In this document: piece after piece, positions 45,416 to 54,658 of the stretch
Layout: each line of letters begins with the position of its first letter
Position numbering within the stretch: the first letter of the stretch is position 1
Source of the DNA: an uncultured Gemmatimonadales bacterium
Lineage (GTDB): Bacteria > Gemmatimonadota > Gemmatimonadetes > Gemmatimonadales > GWC2-71-9
Assembly (NCBI GenBank): GCA_963817715.1
Contig: CAWFPG010000004.1
Coordinates: forward strand, 327,673 to 391,672
DNA length: 64,000 nucleotides
Direction: 5' to 3'
The notes under the pieces: model-generated
The model's database searches: none
The model's input: only the letters and a program-made list of their open reading frames with translations
What the model was told of the DNA's origin: nothing
Program-made: the position numbers and the translations under genes

Positions 45416-46183
45416 TCAGTCTCTCTTCCGCAATATCGTGAGGCTGTTGCCGAGGAAGGAATCGACGGCCATGCGATCGGTCAACCGCAAGGTGGTCTCA
45501 CCGATGGTCGCCGCGAGCGTGTAGCTCCGTTCGCCGGTCGCCTCCAGCCGGATCGCTTCGTCGCGCACCCCGGCCTCGCCAGGGAACGACGGCAGCCGCC
45601 CCGTGCGGGCAAGGAAGTCGTCGGTCCGGTGGCGTGCCAGCCAGAGGCCGTAGCGCATCGACGGTTCGGACATCGCGGCGGGAGTGGTGAACGGCGCCGC
45701 CTTCGGTGGGCGAAGGAACGCCGGTGGGCTGAGCAGCACGAGCACCACCAGCAACCACCCGATCGAGGCGGCGGCGAGCCACGGCGGATCGGGGATCGGG
45801 CGCGGCGGGATGGCCCGACGCTCGGTCTGGCGCCGTTCGGCCTGGCGACGTTCCTCGCGCTCGAGCACCGTCTGGTGCGCGTCGGCGAGGAGTTGGCCAA
45901 GCTCGGGATCACCCTCGGCTCCCCACATCGTTTCGCTCGGTGCCTGATCGAGCGGCTCGTCGGTGGTGGTGTCGCCCGGCATGATTGCCGTTCCCTCGGG
46001 GTCCGGCCCCAGCTCCGGTCCCTGCTCCAGTTCCGGTTCCGGCACGGCCTCGGCCATGGGCGCCGCCTTCGGCTCGGCCTTCGGCTTTGCCTTCGCCTTG
46101 GGCTTGGCCTTTGGCTTGGCCTTCGCCTTGGCGTTGGTGCGCCGCGTGGGGCGCTTCCGGTCCTCAGGCTTGTCGGGGGGCAT
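45416..46183 (-). CDS. single-TM protein, pilin-partner paralogue 3, with an N-terminal Lys/Ala/Pro-repeat extension
   Basis: The C-terminal half is paralogous to the other two (…FLARTGRLPSFPGEAG…MAVDSFLGNSLTILRKRD). The N-terminus carries AKAKAKPKAKPKAKAKPKAEPKA. The start is uncertain (46183 or 46057). Confidence 0.5.
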   Translation of the reverse strand: MPPDKPEDRKRPTRRTNAKAKAKPKAKPKAKAKPKAEPKAAPMAEAVPEPELEQGPELGPDPEGTAIMPGDTTTDEPLDQAPSETMWGAEGDPELGQLLADAHQTVLEREERRQAERRQTERRAIPPRPIPDPPWLAAASIGWLLVVLVLLSPPAFLRPPKAAPFTTPAAMSEPSMRYGLWLARHRTDDFLARTGRLPSFPGEAGVRDEAIRLEATGERSYTLAATIGETTLRLTDRMAVDSFLGNSLTILRKRD

Positions 46184-46550
46184 TGCCGGCGAGCGCGTCG
46201 GCGACCTGCTCGGGAAAGAGGCGAATGTCGATCGGCTTGGTGATGTAGCCATCGAAGCCGGCGTCGAGCGCCTTGTCCCGGTCGCCGGCCATTGCATGGG
46301 CTGTCAGGGCGACCACCGCGAGGTCGGCGAACGCCGAGGCGCGCAGTTCGGCCAGGAGGGCGAAGCCGTCCTTGCCCGGCATCTGGATGTCCATCAGCAC
46401 GAGGTCGGGACGCTGGCCCTCGATGGTGGCGAACAGCTCCTCGCCCCCGGGCAGCCCGGTCACGGCGTGCCCCTTCAGCTCGAGCAGGGTGCGGAACAGC
46501 TTCATGTTGTCGGGGCTGTCCTCGACGATCAGGATGTTCGCCACGGTCAC
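46164..46550 (-). CDS. stand-alone response regulator receiver protein (CheY-like)
   Basis: 128 aa with ILIVEDS, LVLMDIQMPG, ALTAHA and YITKP, a complete REC signature. The GTG start overlaps the upstream stop (GTGA). Confidence 0.85.
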   Translation of the reverse strand: MTVANILIVEDSPDNMKLFRTLLELKGHAVTGLPGGEELFATIEGQRPDLVLMDIQMPGKDGFALLAELRASAFADLAVVALTAHAMAGDRDKALDAGFDGYITKPIDIRLFPEQVADALAGNAPRQA

Positions 46551-48697
46551 TCCATCTGGTTGCGCTTGAGCACGGCCTTGACCCGAGCCACCAGTGAACG
46601 GGGTTGGACGGGCTTGGTGAGGAAGTCCTGGGCGCCGAGTTCGAGCGCCTCCAGCTCGGTGTCGTCGGTACGGGCGGTGAGCATGATCACCGGGATCTGG
46701 CTCAGGCTCACCCGAGCCCGCATCTCCTCGAGCACGCCGATGCCTGTGAGGTTCGGCATGTCCTGATCCAGGATCACGAGGTCGACCACCTTGGTGTCGA
46801 GGGCCTCAAGCGTTTCGAGTCCATCAGTTGCCTCGTGGATGGTGAACCCTTCGCGCTCCAGCACGGTGCGAAGCAACCGGCGCATCGCCGAGTCGTCGTC
46901 GGCGAGCAGGATCCCGGGCTCACCATCGCCGCCATCGCGCGCCTTGCCCTTGGCCGGCGGTGCCGGTGCGGTCGGGGCTGCGTCGGCGGGCAGCTGGAGT
47001 TGGGTCTCACCGAGCACCCGGTGGATCTCGTCGAAGGAGGTCATCCCGCGCCAGTAGCGGTCCAGGCCGCTCTCCCAGAGGGTGCGCATGCCGTACGGAC
47101 GCGAGGCCTCGATCAGCTCGCCAAGCGGGGCGCCGGCCTCGACCAACCGTGGCACTTTGCCCTCGATCGGGAACATCTCCATCACCGCAAGGCGCCCCTT
47201 GAAGCCGGTACCGCCGCAGTGCTTGCACCCGGGGGCCTGCCGTGGCTCGAACGGCCCCTCGTACCCTTCTGGTGGGCGCGCCTCCTCGGGCACCGCCTCG
47301 GGAGGCACCGGCTCGGCGCAGCGCTCGCAGAGACGTCGCACCAGGCGCTGGGCCATGATCCCCTTGATCACCGAGCCGATCTTGAACGAATCGACGCCCA
47401 TGTCGCGGAGGCGGGTGACCGCCGAGACGGCGTCGTTGGTGTGCAGCGTGGAGAAGACGAAGTGGCCGGTGAGGCCCGCCTGGATCGCGATCGTGGCGGT
47501 ATCGAGATCGCGGATCTCGCCGACCAGGACGATGTCGGGATCCTGACGCAGCACCGACCGCAGGGCGGTCGCGAAGGTGAAGCCCTGTGCCTCGTTGACC
47601 TGCATCTGGGAGATGCCGTCCACGTCGTACTCGACCGGGTCCTCGACCGTGACGATGTTGACCTTGCCGGTCTTGAGGTGATTGAGCACGGCATAGAGCG
47701 TCGTCGTCTTGCCGGAGCCGGTCGGCCCGGTGACGAGCAGCATCCCCTCGCGATGCCCCAGGATGCGCATCAGCACCTCTTCCTCCTCGGGCGGGAGGGC
47801 GAGGTCGGGGATCGAGGTCTTGAGGTTGCTCTTGTTCAGGATCCGGATGACCAGCTTCTCGCCACGCCGTGCCACCGGCGCGGTGGCCACCCGGAGGTCG
47901 ACCACGGAACCATCCACGCGAGCCGTCGAGCGACCATCCTGCGGCGTCATCGAATTGGTCACGTCGAGCCCGGCAACGATCTTCACGCGCCGCACCAGCG
48001 ACGGCCCGGCCGCCTCGGGCAGCCGCATCACCTCGCGGAGGATGCCGTCGACGCGATACCGGACGATGATCTCGTGGGACTCGAGTTCCGAGTGGATGTC
48101 GCTGGCCCCGGCCCGCACCGAGTCGGTGATCAGGGCGTCCACCAGCTTGGCCATCGGGGCGTCGAAGGCCGGGTCGCGATCCTGGCCCTCCGGTCCCTTC
48201 CCCTCGATGTCGAGTGCCGGGGCAGGGGCCAGCCCGAGCAGCAGGCGGTTGATCTTGTTCTCTGGCCGGTAGAATTCGTCGAGCTTCTCCGCGATCTCGA
48301 CCGGCGATCCCATCGCGTACTTGACCTGCCGCCCGGCCACGAACTCGAGTTCCTGCTCCGCGGTGAGGTCGCGAGGGTCGCTGGTCGCCACCGTGAGCGA
48401 GCGTTCGTCGAGGGCGATCGGCACCACCTGGTGCTTGCGGGCGATCGACTCCGGCACCATGCCGGCCGCATGCTTGTCGGCCGTGGCGACCGTCGCGATC
48501 GGAAGCCGGAACCGCTTGGCCAGCGCGGCCACCAGGTCGGCGTCGGTCACCAGCCCGGCGTCGACGACGGCCTGCCACAGGGTCGGCGATCCGCCGCCAG
48601 CGAGCATCGCGAGCCTGGTCTCATCGGCGAGCCCGAGTTCGATCAGGTACGCGCCGAGCCAGGCGTCGGGGAACGGAGTGGGACCGGGAGGCGTCAT
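46547..48697 (-). CDS. GspE/PilB-family type II/IV secretion ATPase with N-terminal T2SSE_N-like domain and C-terminal receiver (REC) domain
   Basis: ATG at 48697. It has Walker A (VTGPTGSGKTTT), GEIRDLDTA, STLHTN, a tetra-Cys motif (CERC...CKHCGGTG), and a C-terminal REC domain (LLADDD...LVILDQDMP...MLTA...LTKP). Confidence 0.85.
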   Translation of the reverse strand: MTPPGPTPFPDAWLGAYLIELGLADETRLAMLAGGGSPTLWQAVVDAGLVTDADLVAALAKRFRLPIATVATADKHAAGMVPESIARKHQVVPIALDERSLTVATSDPRDLTAEQELEFVAGRQVKYAMGSPVEIAEKLDEFYRPENKINRLLLGLAPAPALDIEGKGPEGQDRDPAFDAPMAKLVDALITDSVRAGASDIHSELESHEIIVRYRVDGILREVMRLPEAAGPSLVRRVKIVAGLDVTNSMTPQDGRSTARVDGSVVDLRVATAPVARRGEKLVIRILNKSNLKTSIPDLALPPEEEEVLMRILGHREGMLLVTGPTGSGKTTTLYAVLNHLKTGKVNIVTVEDPVEYDVDGISQMQVNEAQGFTFATALRSVLRQDPDIVLVGEIRDLDTATIAIQAGLTGHFVFSTLHTNDAVSAVTRLRDMGVDSFKIGSVIKGIMAQRLVRRLCERCAEPVPPEAVPEEARPPEGYEGPFEPRQAPGCKHCGGTGFKGRLAVMEMFPIEGKVPRLVEAGAPLGELIEASRPYGMRTLWESGLDRYWRGMTSFDEIHRVLGETQLQLPADAAPTAPAPPAKGKARDGGDGEPGILLADDDSAMRRLLRTVLEREGFTIHEATDGLETLEALDTKVVDLVILDQDMPNLTGIGVLEEMRARVSLSQIPVIMLTARTDDTELEALELGAQDFLTKPVQPRSLVARVKAVLKRNQME

Positions 48698-48820
48698 CGG
48701 CCTTCCTGTGCGAATCGGGTGAACACCCTGGAAAAGTGGCTGTTGTTCGCGGCAGCCGAAAAAGATACGATTCCGCGGCTCGTTTGCATCCTGCGTCCCT
48801 CGTCTCTGGAGTCCCGCGGC

Positions 48821-50092
48821 GTGTCCCGCTCCGCCTCGGTCACCGGTGGTAGCCATCGTGTCCCCGGTGACAAGTCGATCACCCATCGCGCCCTGATGCT
48901 GGCGGCGCTTGCCCAGGGTCGCTCTCGGCTCACGGGCGCATTGACCGCGCTCGATGCCCGCTCGACCGCCAGGGTCCTTCGGCAACTCGGCGCACGCATC
49001 TCCCCCCTGCGCGAGGGAGCCGTGGTCACCATCGAGGGGAACGGGGGATTCACCCAGCCATCTGGCACCCTTCACTGCGGCAATTCCGGGACCACAGCTC
49101 GACTCCTCCTCGGACTCCTTGCCGGGCAGCCAGTTGAGGCCCGGTTGAACGGCGACAAGTCGTTGCGGCATAGGCCTATGGCTCGGGTCACCGATCCACT
49201 TCGGGCGATGGGGGCCTTGATCACCACCCGGGACGGCCACCTACCACTCACCATCGGTGGGGGGCGTCTTCGGCCCCTCCACTGGCGGATGCCAGTGGCC
49301 TCGGCACAGGTCAAGAGTGCCCTACTGCTGGCCGGGGCCGCCGCCGGTGTTCCGGTCACCCTGGAAGAGCCAGCCCCCAGCCGGGACCACACCGAGCGCC
49401 TCCTCACCAGTCTCGGCCACACTGTCACCAGGACCCAGCGGGGACTCACCTTCGAGCCGACCGGCACCTTCCGGCCCCTCGATCTCGCCATCCCCGGTGA
49501 TCCCTCCTCGGCAGCCTTCCTGGTGGGCGCTGCCCTCCTCGGCCGGCAGGGACTGGTGCGGATCGCCGCAGTTGGCTGCAATCCGAGTCGGATCGGCTAT
49601 CTGGAGGTGCTGGGGAGGATGGGGGCGGCGGTCGCGGTCGAGCCGCTGGCGACTGCGGGCGAGCCGGTGGCCGATCTGCTGGCGGGTCCCGCTCGGCTTC
49701 GGGCCGTCCGGGTCACGGCCACCGAGATCCCGGCGATCATCGACGAGGTGCCGATCCTCGCCGCCCTGGCCGCCCGGGCCGAGGGCGAGTCGCGCTTCAG
49801 TGGACTGGCCGAGCTCCGGGTCAAGGAGAGTGACCGATTGGAACTGCTGGCGACCAACCTCCGGTCGGTCGGGGTCGAGGCGGTGGCCGATGGCGACGAT
49901 CTGGTGGTCGTCGGGACCGACCGGTCGCTCACTGGCCTCGTCCGAACCGAGGGGGACCACCGGATCGCCATGGCGTTCGCCGTGCTGGACCGGGACCGGG
50001 CCATCACGATCGACGATCCCGGCTGTGCCGCGGTCTCGTTCCCGGGCTTCTGGACCACGCTTGCCGCGGTGCGCCGCGAGGTCGACCGGTGA
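48821..50092 (+). CDS. aroA: 3-phosphoshikimate 1-carboxyvinyltransferase (EPSP synthase)
   Basis: VPGDKSITHRALMLAA, CGNSGTTARLL, LRHRPM and RVKESDRL motifs. The GTG start at 48821 is tentative. This is only the last third of the 1162-aa ORF. Confidence 0.9.
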   Translation: MSRSASVTGGSHRVPGDKSITHRALMLAALAQGRSRLTGALTALDARSTARVLRQLGARISPLREGAVVTIEGNGGFTQPSGTLHCGNSGTTARLLLGLLAGQPVEARLNGDKSLRHRPMARVTDPLRAMGALITTRDGHLPLTIGGGRLRPLHWRMPVASAQVKSALLLAGAAAGVPVTLEEPAPSRDHTERLLTSLGHTVTRTQRGLTFEPTGTFRPLDLAIPGDPSSAAFLVGAALLGRQGLVRIAAVGCNPSRIGYLEVLGRMGAAVAVEPLATAGEPVADLLAGPARLRAVRVTATEIPAIIDEVPILAALAARAEGESRFSGLAELRVKESDRLELLATNLRSVGVEAVADGDDLVVVGTDRSLTGLVRTEGDHRIAMAFAVLDRDRAITIDDPGCAAVSFPGFWTTLAAVRREVDR

Positions 50093-50772
50093 GCGGCCGC
50101 CTGCCGGTGGTGGCGATCGATGGCCCGGCGGCCTCCGGGAAGTCGAGCACCGCCCAGGCCGTGGCCGAGCAGCTGGGGCTGGTCCATATCGATTCGGGGG
50201 CACTCTATCGCACCGCCACGCTGCTCGGGATCCGGGCAGGGGCGACCACCGCCGACGGCGTGGTGGCCGCAGCGGATCGGGGCCAGGTGGCCCTGGTCCG
50301 TCGGGGGATCAGCCTCGCGGTGACGATCGGCGGCGAGCCCGCCGAGCCGGCGATCCGGGCGCCCGAGGTGACGGCCAGGGTGTCGGAGGTCGCGGCGATG
50401 CCGGCGGTCCGGGCCTGGGTCGACCAGCGGCTGCGGGCGGCGGTGTCGGCGTGGGGCGGGGGGGTGATGGACGGCCGGGACATCGGGACGGTGGTCTTCC
50501 CAGACGCGGCGCTCAAGGTCTTCCTCACCGCCACACCGGAGGCCCGGGCGGGCCGACGGCTGGCCCAGGATGGCCGGGACGGCGATGCCGAGACGGTGGC
50601 CCGTGAGGCTGGAGCCCTGGCTGCCCGCGACCGTCTGGACGCCGGTCGGGAGGTGGCTCCGCTCCGTCAGGCCCACGACGCGCTGGTGCTCGACACCACC
50701 GGGCTGGGGTTCGCCGAGCAGGTGGCGACGATCGTCGGGTGGGCGCGGGACCGCGGCTTGTCAGCGACCTGA
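50089..50772 (+). CDS. cmk: cytidylate kinase
   Basis: VAIDGPAASGKSSTA, GRDIGTVVFPDA and KVFLTA motifs. Confidence 0.92.
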   Translation: MSGRLPVVAIDGPAASGKSSTAQAVAEQLGLVHIDSGALYRTATLLGIRAGATTADGVVAAADRGQVALVRRGISLAVTIGGEPAEPAIRAPEVTARVSEVAAMPAVRAWVDQRLRAAVSAWGGGVMDGRDIGTVVFPDAALKVFLTATPEARAGRRLAQDGRDGDAETVAREAGALAARDRLDAGREVAPLRQAHDALVLDTTGLGFAEQVATIVGWARDRGLSAT

Positions 50773-50879
50773 CCACCGGGTATCCTTGAGGGCTGGTCCG
50801 CAAATAGGCGGACCTCCCAAGAGGATTCACCCTCAACCCGCGGCCCCCCGCGCGGCGACTTGCCACCCGCAGGATTCCC

Positions 50880-52868
50880 ATGTCCGAGACCGAGACCCCC
50901 CCGACCGCCCCCGAAACCACCGGGGACGACTCCGTGTCGCCTGTCAAGAACGAGTCGGCGACCGCTTCCGAGACTGATTCGGCGACCGCTTCCACGAAGG
51001 AGTCGGCCACCGCCTCCGAGGACGCGCCGGCGACCGCCACCGAGAGTGAGCCGGTGGCGACCGCCGTCGAAGAGCCCGAGGCGGAGACCGTCGACGAGCC
51101 GGTGTTCGCCATGGCCGATGTCCCGGGGATGCCGTTTGCCACGGTGACCGGGTTGCGCGTCCGCCCCGACCTCTACGACGACGAGTACTCGGACGACGAG
51201 TACGAGGCGATGCTGGAGCTGTACGAGGGGACGATGTCGCAGATCGCCGAGGGCGAGATCGTCAAGTCCAAGGTGCTGCGCGTCACCGACAACGCCGTGA
51301 TCCTCGACGTCGGCTTCAAGTCGGAGGGGTCGGTCCCGCTCGACGAGTTCAAGGATCCCCAGAATCTCCAGGTCGGCGACGAGGTCGAGGTCTTCCTCGA
51401 GCATCTCGAGGACCAGGAGGGCGCGGTCGTCCTGTCAAAGAAGAAGGCCGACTTCATGCGCGTCTGGGAGAAGATCCGCCAGGCGCATGAGAACGACCAG
51501 CCGGTCGAGGGCACCCTGATGAAGAAGATCAAGGGTGGCGTGGTGGTGAACCTGATGGGCGTCGATGCGTTCCTGCCCGGTTCCCAGATCGCGTTGCGGC
51601 GGGTGCCCAACATCGATGAGCTTCTCGGCTCGACCTACGAGTTCAAGATCATCAAGCTCAACAAGCGGCGGCGAAACATCGTCGTCTCGCGCCGGGTGAT
51701 CCTCGAGACCGAGCGCGCCGGCAAGCGCGAGAAGCTGATGAAGGAGCTCGAGGTGGGCCAGGTCCGGAAGGGCGTGGTCAAGAACATCACCGACTTCGGC
51801 GCCTTCATCGATCTCGGCGGTGTGGACGGCCTGCTGCACATCACCGACATGTCCTACGGTCGCGTCTCGCACCCGAGCGAGCTCGTCACGATCGGCAACG
51901 AGGTCGAGGTCAAGATCCTCGACATCGACTGGCAGCGCGAGCGGATCTCGCTCGGCATGAAGCAGCTGCAGAGCTACCCCTGGAAGGACGTCGCCGTGCG
52001 CTACCCGGTCGGCGCCCGGGTCCAGGGCAAGGTCGTCTCGATCACCAACTACGGCGCCTTCGTGGAGCTGGAGCCGGGGATCGAGGGCCTGGTCCACATC
52101 TCGGAGATGAGCTGGACGCGCAACGTCCGCCACCCGTCGAAGATCGTCTCCATCGGCGAGACGATCGAGGCGGTGGTGCTCAAGGTCGACGAGGGCGAGG
52201 AGAAGATCTCGCTCGGCATGAAGCAGACCGAGCAGGATCCGTGGATGGTGCTGCCGCTGAAGTACCCGGTTGGCACCCGGATCAGTGGCAAGGTCCGCAA
52301 CCTCACCTCCTTCGGTGCCTTCGTCGAGATCGAGCCCGGCATCGACGGCCTGATCCACATCTCCGACATGTCGTGGACCAAGCGGGTCCAGCATCCGTCG
52401 GAAGTGGTCAAGAAGGGCGACACCGTCGACGTCATCATCCTCAACATCGATGCTGACAACAAGCGGATCTCGCTGGGCCTCAAGCAGGCCACCGACGACC
52501 CGTGGCTCACCATCGGCGAGACGCTGCCGGTGGGCACCGAGCGGCGCGCCACCGTGCTCCGGCCGGTGGACAAGGGCATCGTGGTCGATCTCGGCGACGA
52601 CATCGAGGGCTTCGCCCCCGTGTCGCAGATGGGAATCGGTCCGGACCAGCAGCCCGAGGACGCGGTGGTCGAGGGACAGCAGGTGATTGCCAAGGTCCTC
52701 GAGGTCGACCCCATTCACCACCGGGTGGTGGTCGCGATCATCGAGTATCCCGAGGACGGCATCCCGTCGCCCGAGGAAGTGGCTGCCGCCAAGGCCGCGG
52801 CCGAGGCCAAGGCCGCCGAGGCCAAGGCCTCGGAGGCCGAGGACGACGAGGAGAGCAGCGACGCCTGA
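50880..52868 (+). CDS. rpsA: 30S ribosomal protein S1 (six S1 domains) with a possible ~100-aa acidic N-terminal extension
   Basis: Repeated S1-domain signatures (GxVxGxV...FGAFV(E/D)L..G(I/V)(E/D)GL(V/I)HIS(E/D)MS). The N-terminus contains SATAS three times. The true start is uncertain. Confidence 0.92.
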   Translation: MSETETPPTAPETTGDDSVSPVKNESATASETDSATASTKESATASEDAPATATESEPVATAVEEPEAETVDEPVFAMADVPGMPFATVTGLRVRPDLYDDEYSDDEYEAMLELYEGTMSQIAEGEIVKSKVLRVTDNAVILDVGFKSEGSVPLDEFKDPQNLQVGDEVEVFLEHLEDQEGAVVLSKKKADFMRVWEKIRQAHENDQPVEGTLMKKIKGGVVVNLMGVDAFLPGSQIALRRVPNIDELLGSTYEFKIIKLNKRRRNIVVSRRVILETERAGKREKLMKELEVGQVRKGVVKNITDFGAFIDLGGVDGLLHITDMSYGRVSHPSELVTIGNEVEVKILDIDWQRERISLGMKQLQSYPWKDVAVRYPVGARVQGKVVSITNYGAFVELEPGIEGLVHISEMSWTRNVRHPSKIVSIGETIEAVVLKVDEGEEKISLGMKQTEQDPWMVLPLKYPVGTRISGKVRNLTSFGAFVEIEPGIDGLIHISDMSWTKRVQHPSEVVKKGDTVDVIILNIDADNKRISLGLKQATDDPWLTIGETLPVGTERRATVLRPVDKGIVVDLGDDIEGFAPVSQMGIGPDQQPEDAVVEGQQVIAKVLEVDPIHHRVVVAIIEYPEDGIPSPEEVAAAKAAAEAKAAEAKASEAEDDEESSDA

Positions 52869-52890
52869 GTGCGGCGCGCCAGCGCGACGG

Positions 52891-52923
52891 GAAGGGCCGC
52901 CTCCAGCATGGAGGCGGCCCTTC
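52891..52923 (+). terminator. rpsA terminator hairpin
   Basis: A perfect 14-bp stem, gaagggccgcctcc / agcat / ggaggcggcccttc, 23 nt after the rpsA stop. The T-tail is weak. Confidence 0.6.
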
Positions 52924-52956
52924 TCGCGTGGCGGCCACGGCCAGCGGTCCCCCGCG

Positions 52957-53012
<56 letters not shown>

Positions 53013-53023
53013 AGCTTTCTCCC

Positions 53024-54577
53024 ATGACCGACATCGACGCTCGCCTCGCCGACCTGCATCACCGCCAGGCGCTGGCCGAAGAGGGTGGCGGCGCCGCCCG
53101 GGTCGCGGCGCAGCACAAGAAGGGGAAGCTCACCGCCCGCGAACGGCTCGACCTGCTCCTCGATCCTGGGAGCTTCGTCGAGCTCGACCGGTTCGTGGTG
53201 CATCGTGCCACCGGCTTCGGGATCGAGGCCGAGAAGCCGCTCGGCGACGGGGTGGTGACCGGGTGGGGCCGGATCGACGACCGGTTGGTCTATGTCTACT
53301 CCCAGGACTTCACGGTGTTCGGTGGCTCATTGTCCGAGACCCACGCCGCCAAGATCTGCAAGGTGATGGATCTCGCGGTCCGCAACGGTGCCCCGGTGAT
53401 CGGCCTCAACGACTCGGGCGGCGCCCGGATCCAGGAGGGGGTCGCCTCGCTCGGCGGCTACGCCGACATCTTCCTGCGCAACACACTGGCCAGCGGCGTC
53501 GTGCCGCAGATCTCCGCGGTGCTCGGACCCTGTGCTGGTGGCGCGGTCTACTCGCCGGCGATCACCGACTTCGTCTTCATGGTGCGCGGCACTTCATACA
53601 TGTTCGTGACCGGTCCCAACGTGGTGAAGACGGTGACCCACGAGGAGGTCACCTTCGAGGAGCTCGGCGGTGCCGACACCCATGCTGGCACCAGCGGGGT
53701 GGCCCACTTCGTCCACGACTCCGAGGCGGAGACGCTGCAGGCGATCCGCGCGCTGGTCGGCTATCTCCCCGCCAACAACCTCGACGACGCCCCGCGCGGT
53801 CCGCTCGATGATCCCGCCGACCGCCGCGAGGAGCGACTGCTCAGCGTGCTGCCGGCCAGCGCCAGCACGCCCTACGACATGCACGAGGTGCTCCGCGCGG
53901 TCGTCGACCACGGCGAGTTCCTCGAGGTGATGGCTCCGTTCGCCGGCAACATCCTCACCGGCTTCGCGCGGCTCGGCGGCCGGTCGGTCGGCGTGATCGC
54001 CAACCAGCCCGCGATTCTCGCCGGGGTGCTCGACATCAATGCCAGCGTGAAGGGGGCCCGCTTCATCCGGTTCTGCGATGCGTTCAACATCCCGCTGGTC
54101 ACCTTCGAGGATGTGCCGGGGTTCCTCCCCGGCGTGGCGCAGGAGCACGGCGGCATCATCCGCCACGGTGCCAAGCTGCTCTACGCCTACTGCGAGGCGA
54201 CCGTCCCCAAGCTCACGGTCATCACCCGCAAGGCCTACGGCGGGGCCTACGACGTGATGAGCTCGAAGCACATCCGGGGCGACGTCAACCTCGCCTGGCC
54301 GACCGCCGAGATCGCGGTGATGGGACCGAAGGGGGCGGTCGAGATTCTCTACCGCAACGAGATCGCGGCATCCGACGATCCGGCGGGTGAGGTGACCCGC
54401 CGGACCGACGAGTACACTGCCGCCTTCGCCAACCCCTATCAGGCCGCCGGTCGGGGCTACGTCGACGACGTGATCGATCCCCGCGACACCCGGCCCCGGC
54501 TGATCGACGCCCTGGCGACGCTGGCCGGGAAGCGCGACAGCAATCCCCCCCGGAAGCACGGCTGCATCCCGCTCTGA
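53024..54577 (+). CDS. acyl-CoA carboxylase carboxyltransferase (beta) subunit, propionyl-CoA/methylmalonyl-CoA type
   Basis: 517 aa with [35 protein letters not shown] and [11 protein letters not shown] motifs. Confidence 0.9.
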   Translation: MTDIDARLADLHHRQALAEEGGGAARVAAQHKKGKLTARERLDLLLDPGSFVELDRFVVHRATGFGIEAEKPLGDGVVTGWGRIDDRLVYVYSQDFTVFGGSLSETHAAKICKVMDLAVRNGAPVIGLNDSGGARIQEGVASLGGYADIFLRNTLASGVVPQISAVLGPCAGGAVYSPAITDFVFMVRGTSYMFVTGPNVVKTVTHEEVTFEELGGADTHAGTSGVAHFVHDSEAETLQAIRALVGYLPANNLDDAPRGPLDDPADRREERLLSVLPASASTPYDMHEVLRAVVDHGEFLEVMAPFAGNILTGFARLGGRSVGVIANQPAILAGVLDINASVKGARFIRFCDAFNIPLVTFEDVPGFLPGVAQEHGGIIRHGAKLLYAYCEATVPKLTVITRKAYGGAYDVMSSKHIRGDVNLAWPTAEIAVMGPKGAVEILYRNEIAASDDPAGEVTRRTDEYTAAFANPYQAAGRGYVDDVIDPRDTRPRLIDALATLAGKRDSNPPRKHGCIPL

Positions 54578-54658
54578 GTGGTGTTCCCCCCCGGGGGGCG
54601 AATCGTTACCTTTGAGGATGCCCCTCCACCCGCCCTCCCGGCGTCGGTAAGGTCTCGC

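Noticed and set aside
46604-48820. The first ~740 aa of the 1162-aa plus-strand ORF 46604..50092.
   Set aside because: This part is antisense to the well-supported GspE/PilB-REC gene and has no motifs. Only the last ~423 aa (aroA, from about 48821) are real coding sequence.
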